From positions 1,612,001-1,676,000 of the forward strand of contig JAMWBK010000003.1 in the NCBI GenBank assembly GCA_029953675.1: DNA of 64,000 nt, in the 5' to 3' direction. Below the pieces are notes generated by a model. It was not told where the DNA came from. It made no database searches and saw only the letters and a list, made by a program, of their open reading frames with translations. Position 1 is the first letter of the stretch. Each line of letters starts with the position of its first letter. A program made the position numbers and the translations under genes. Origin of the DNA: Rhodosorus marinus CCMP1338. Taxonomy: Eukaryota > Plantae > Rhodophyta. Shown in pieces: positions 59,608 to 64,000 of this stretch.

Positions 59608-61992
59608 CTACTTCTTCTGTGCGTTGAGCTCCTCCTGGGCCTTTTGTTTGTTCTTCTTTTTTTTCGCTGCGTCCCAAGCGAACCCATTGCTTCCAATGTT
59701 CGGCACTGCGCTATTGGCCAGTTTGCTCCGTCTTCGCTGTTCGACCGCACCCAAATCCGTGACTCCCGCTCGAAACTTGTTGCCGCTCGGTGCTCTTAGA
59801 GGAGTTGAAGAATTACCTTGACCGCGTGAGCTCCCTGCATTTCCCGTCGATCCAGGGCTAGAGATCGACAAGGCGCCCGCTAGTTCAGGGAAGCTTGAGA
59901 CCGACTCCACAGCGAGAGGTTCCGGTTCGCTTTGTGTCGGTTCGGGAGCTTGGTTCTGGTATGCACGACGAGCGGCACCGCCCCATACTGCTCCTACCCT
60001 CATGGACGGATCGGTGCTTTCTTCCTTTGACAGACCACCAGCTCCTCCTCCCAGGGAAGGGAAAAGCTCTTCCGTGGAAGCACTCTGTGTTGAACGCTGC
60101 TGCGCACTGGCAGGGGTTGGCTGTACTCTACCAGTTGGACCTCGTTGCGCCTTTGATGCCGTCACGCTAGGTCTCGCTCCCTGCTTAGAAGCGGCGGAGG
60201 TTGTACCTCCCGATGGCAGTCTTCCATCCAGCGTTGGAAACTGTTCGGATCGAGGTTCGCGAGATTCCCTTGCGGCCTGACCGGTGCTTGACCTCGCAGG
60301 GGCTTTTTGGGACATCGCTTGTGCTGGTCGAGCTCTGTCACCACCGAGAGTCGGAAAATCACCGGCTGTCACTTGGCCAGAACGCTGTCCGTATTGATGC
60401 GCAGAACGTCTTATCGAAGCTTGTCCACCTCCCAAAGCAGGGAAAGCACCGCTCGGCATCGACGACGTTTCTACTTCGGGAACTAGGACGGAGTCAGTAG
60501 AAGGTGCCTCAAGTAATCTGTACGCTCCACGTACGAGGCGTGAAAGTTCCGTGCGCTGATCCCCGTCTCGTAAGAGCATAGTCATCTCCGGTAAAAGCCT
60601 CTTGGCATCGGGGCCCAGCAGTCTATCAACAGTCTCAAAGTAGCTTTCAGCGTCTAGTTGACCGCTTCGAAACTGACCAGATGCGTCTCTCAGTTGGTCG
60701 AAGTCAGCCACGTCCAGGGCATCCCGCAAAGATCTCAAGAGCACTGCATTCCTCGCGCTTTCCTCCTCCTGGTTAACTGGAAGGCTTGGCATTACAGGTC
60801 TCTCCGTCCCCGTTGTCTGTTGCTGCGGTTCACCCACGTCCGAATCTGAAGTCTGCGGCTCGGAGACCCTTGGCATAGGAGCGGGTGCCATTCGACTGGA
60901 ACTTTCCGGTGGATTCCTTCCACCAGCCAAGTAAGCGGACTGCGCTCTGTTTGAATCAGCCAGCTGCGCCTCAAAGTTCTGCCTTCCCCTATGACTGGGT
61001 CGCTGTGAGGTGTGACGAGCTGATGAAGCCTGGAAGACGGATAGGTTGATTCGGACGTTTCCTCCCCGGCCTACGTCATGCTGCCGTTTGCGATGTACCT
61101 TGAGGTCCGTAGGGTTATCGAAAACGACTCCTCTGCAAGTAGAATCATCGCAAATGAAGTGATCTTCCCGATAGTGACTCTCCAAGTCGTAGTAGTTCCG
61201 ATAATACTCGTACTGAATCCCGTTGCGTCGGCATAGAAAACATGACTCATGTTGCCTTTGCAAGTGGGCATAAAGGGCCTCACTATCGAACACATGCTCT
61301 TTGCAGAACAAACAGAACGGATGTGATTCTCGGTGTTTTGCAAACTCTGTCGGACCTGAACCTCGTGTTTCCTTTATGCTGTATAACTCCATATCGCACA
61401 AGTATTTTGAACCGTTCTCAACACATGAATCACAGAGAGCCTTCTTGTGAAAAGAACGGACATGCTGCTTGAGGGCCTCCACGGTCTGGAAGTGGGAGTG
61501 GCAGGACGGGCACTGTGGTTTCCGTAGTTGCCGGTAGTGCTTCATCACCTTCTCCGACTTGAACCACGTTTGCACCTCATCGTCATAGTGAAATCTCCTT
61601 TTCTTGGCAGCCACAAGAGCATCATCGGGACTGTCCGATACAACAACCTCCTCAAGAAGAGTTTTACAGAAGGAGCATTCCTTCTTTCTGTACAAAAATC
61701 GCAACCTATGGGCGCAGTCTCCGCACACAAAATGACCGCACGATCCAACACCATAGTTCACAATGACCTCAGTGCATACTCCACATGTTGGCCCTTGATC
61801 CTCTGCAGCCCGCTGTCCCTCTTCCCATTTCGTTTCATTCTTCCCATCGCTCCGCACCCCACGCCGACTAAGCTTCTCAACACGGCTCCGAGGTTTCCTC
61901 GAGCTCCCGCTGACTACGTTCGAATCCCTCACGTTCATGCGTTGCCGGTGTTGAACTCTAGAAACCTCCTCCTCCTCTACAAATTCCTCCAT
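59608..61992 (-). CDS. ZNF598: ZNF598/HEL2 collided-ribosome E3 ubiquitin ligase, 794 aa, intronless
   Basis: RING CGVC..CGHFVCGDC..LRFLY..CSFC, tandem C2H2 fingers (HPFCLFC, HESCFLC, HYREDHFICDDSTC), a PAH-like helical domain (LRDALD..GQFRSGQLDAESYF) and a disordered tail with FPxL repeats. Confidence 0.9.
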   Translation of the reverse strand: MEEFVEEEEVSRVQHRQRMNVRDSNVVSGSSRKPRSRVEKLSRRGVRSDGKNETKWEEGQRAAEDQGPTCGVCTEVIVNYGVGSCGHFVCGDCAHRLRFLYRKKECSFCKTLLEEVVVSDSPDDALVAAKKRRFHYDDEVQTWFKSEKVMKHYRQLRKPQCPSCHSHFQTVEALKQHVRSFHKKALCDSCVENGSKYLCDMELYSIKETRGSGPTEFAKHRESHPFCLFCKEHVFDSEALYAHLQRQHESCFLCRRNGIQYEYYRNYYDLESHYREDHFICDDSTCRGVVFDNPTDLKVHRKRQHDVGRGGNVRINLSVFQASSARHTSQRPSHRGRQNFEAQLADSNRAQSAYLAGGRNPPESSSRMAPAPMPRVSEPQTSDSDVGEPQQQTTGTERPVMPSLPVNQEEESARNAVLLRSLRDALDVADFDQLRDASGQFRSGQLDAESYFETVDRLLGPDAKRLLPEMTMLLRDGDQRTELSRLVRGAYRLLEAPSTDSVLVPEVETSSMPSGAFPALGGGQASIRRSAHQYGQRSGQVTAGDFPTLGGDRARPAQAMSQKAPARSSTGQAARESREPRSEQFPTLDGRLPSGGTTSAASKQGARPSVTASKAQRGPTGRVQPTPASAQQRSTQSASTEELFPSLGGGAGGLSKEESTDPSMRVGAVWGGAARRAYQNQAPEPTQSEPEPLAVESVSSFPELAGALSISSPGSTGNAGSSRGQGNSSTPLRAPSGNKFRAGVTDLGAVEQRRRSKLANSAVPNIGSNGFAWDAAKKKKNKQKAQEELNAQKK

Positions 61993-62034
61993 TTTCTCCT
62001 AGAACAAATTTCTCTTCCAAACTAAGCAGCTGAC

Positions 62035-62035
<1 letters not shown>

Positions 62036-62061
<26 letters not shown>
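62036..62061. repeat. (AT)13 microsatellite ~45 bp upstream of the ZNF598 ATG
   Basis: Read directly from the sequence. Confidence 0.9.
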
Positions 62062-62065
<4 letters not shown>

Positions 62066-62483
62066 AACGGCCCCAACCCTCAATACGCCCCTCGCAACTA
62101 TTCCCGAAACTGTCCAACTCCTTATCTCCAACAACCCTCTCCTCCCTCCAGCTCTCTAATTGAAAAAGTCTCATCCAGCGTCTCTTCTTCCATTCTCCAG
62201 TTAACGATCGTTCCAAATTCAGCTTCAGACAAAGAAGCCTTCCGACACATCAACCAAACAACCAACAGCTCCACACAGTTACCTCAACACCTTCCACTTC
62301 CTTGTCTAACAAGCGTTGCTACCTCAATGCCCTTCTACTCCTCAAACCCGTCCGCCTGGTATACAGAACACGAAACAGTTTGCTTGTGGAAGCCTTCAAA
62401 ACTGGACTACCGTCCAACCAAACCTCTCAAACTTCAGCTCGCAAATCGCCTTTCGTCTTCCCTCCGCACTGGAAGTTCCAAAG

Positions 62484-62655
62484 CAACCAGCCTTTAGTCC
62501 TTTTCTTATCAAATACACTCTTAACTCCTGATCTCCCACCGTCTCCAGAGCTCTCTTCGATAAACATGAAAAGTATCAAGCCCAGCGTCACCCAAAACAA
62601 CCAGCTTAATGTCCTTTTCTTATCAGAGACACTCTCTAGCTCCTGATCTCTCACC
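62484..62655. repeat. Degenerate ~57-bp direct repeat, ~114-bp period
   Basis: caaccagc....gtccttttcttatca.a.acactc...a.ctcctgatctc.cacc at 62484-62540 and 62598-62655. Confidence 0.75.
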
Positions 62656-63810
62656 CTGTTCAACAGTGTACACCTAGCCGTGCTCGTCCCTTTTACCTCC
62701 ACCAAATCGGCTTCCGACCCAACAAACTCGAGGGCTCTCTTCAAGGCCCACGTTACTTAAAAGGATTGCGTTAACAAGAGAAGTGTTCTCTATGCTTTTC
62801 AAAGGTCTGTACGTTCTCATCTCGACGTTCATAAGCAGCTTGCCAGACCACGAACGTCGAGAGCTGATCCCCCTCAGCGTTCTTTTATTTCTAGAATATT
62901 CTCTTCATTTTAAGTTTGAAGTCAATGAGGGCTTTGCTGAGCACTGAATTGGAAGAGTTTCGATAGATATTTTTGGTCTGCCTGAATCGGATCTGTTAGT
63001 CCTACAGCGCTGCCTTGGATAAAATAGAGAGACCCTCTCTGTAACGCCACCGGTATGGCTCCAACGCAAACTCAACCCGTTCCGACAAGGCTCCGGCGTC
63101 AGGGTTGGTGACAAATGATGTGTGTGGGGTTGAAGATCAGGCTATTGGCTTGTGTGAGTTGTCCGAGGAGAATACTGGAGAGTCTATTCACTTGTTCAAC
63201 AAGCACTGCACTGCGTTGGATAGGGCGTACAGAATTCATCAGGAGCATCGCCAGCTAGCTTCAGTTCCAACTCAACCGTGCCGCTGAATGGCTGTGGCAA
63301 TTTAGAACTGTTAAATGCAAAGGAAATGTGGATATTCTAGAGAATCGGAATAGGCTGATGTTCATTGTGACCGTGAACGAAAGCCTGTCACGGCAAGGGT
63401 TGTAGGATGGTGAGCCCTGACTGGCGCACCGGCTTGAGAATTACTGTCGCTTTCGAGTTTGCTGCCTCCCGTGAAGCGCGATCTAGTAGTTTTTTCATCT
63501 GGTTCAGCCGTTTTCTGTGTTCCAGAATAGCAAACCTGAACGGCTCCACCGTCGTGAGATGAGCTTCGTTCTTATTCGTAGGGTTATCGGGCTCCGTCAG
63601 GTTTTGCCTTGGTTTGGCCAGCTGATGAATCAATATCCTTAGGAAATTGTTCACTTTGACACGAAACTCTTCCCTGAAAGCCCAATAGAAGTAGGACACT
63701 CTTAAGGCAGTTTTGTTCCCAGTTACAAGTAGTATTTTGTTATACAAAGAAAATGCTCACTCAAAAACGTGAGCAGGCCATTCAGCCTGTTGCTTATGAT
63801 ACACATCAGC

Positions 63811-64000
63811 TTAGCCTGAAGACACCGCGTTTGGAGGGATGCCGAACGAAGTCCGGATGGATGTGCGTGCCGCCTCGAAAACGCAGAAGAAAATAGCTGT
63901 CAGGGGGCCGATGATGGCAACCCTAGCTCCGACGCCTCTGTACAGGGCGAAGAATCCTTCCTCTTTGACAATGCTCAACGCAGCTTGACGAATTCCTGCT
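63811..64000 (-). CDS. Mitochondrial carrier (SLC25) family protein, 3' end only (gene runs off the window)
   Basis: AGIRQAALSIVKEEGFFALYRGVGARVAIIGPLTAIFFCVFEAA..SSG* matches the EG..ALYRG helix-6 motif; TAA at 63811-63813. Confidence 0.85.
   Translation of the reverse strand, partial: AGIRQAALSIVKEEGFFALYRGVGARVAIIGPLTAIFFCVFEAARTSIRTSFGIPPNAVSSG

Overview
This is gene-dense eukaryotic nuclear DNA, not prokaryotic or viral. Most genes are split by short (~70-115 nt) GT-AG introns, often with a CTRAY-like branch point, so the ORF track fragments them. A plastid-type PPR gene, eEF3 and the intron style suggest a unicellular alga, possibly a red alga; this is inference and was not verified. 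I can support about 21 protein genes: MINDY deubiquitinase, BAR-like protein, AFG2 AAA ATPase, a prokaryote-type SAM methyltransferase, C2H2 zinc finger, CDK20/CDKF-like kinase, RRP6, HSP20, kinesin-6, PPR, RAD50, mitochondrial HSP60, a double GT-A glycosyltransferase, importin-7/8, NTM1, eEF3, Aurora kinase, a short STI1/HOP, prefoldin-3, ZNF598/HEL2 and the 3' end of an SLC25 carrier. There are also a few weak orphan ORFs. I found no rRNA, tRNA, CRISPR array or autonomous transposon. The best leads are two intron-bearing genes of prokaryotic sequence type, an intronless eEF3, a 4 x ~141-bp array abutting the ZNF598 stop codon, clusters of a palindromic GACAG-N-CTGTC motif, a 10-bp-phased AGTAC array, a CDK missing two phospho-T-loop arginines, and a HOP lacking TPR1/DP1. 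Family assignments come from motif recognition by eye; no database search was run.
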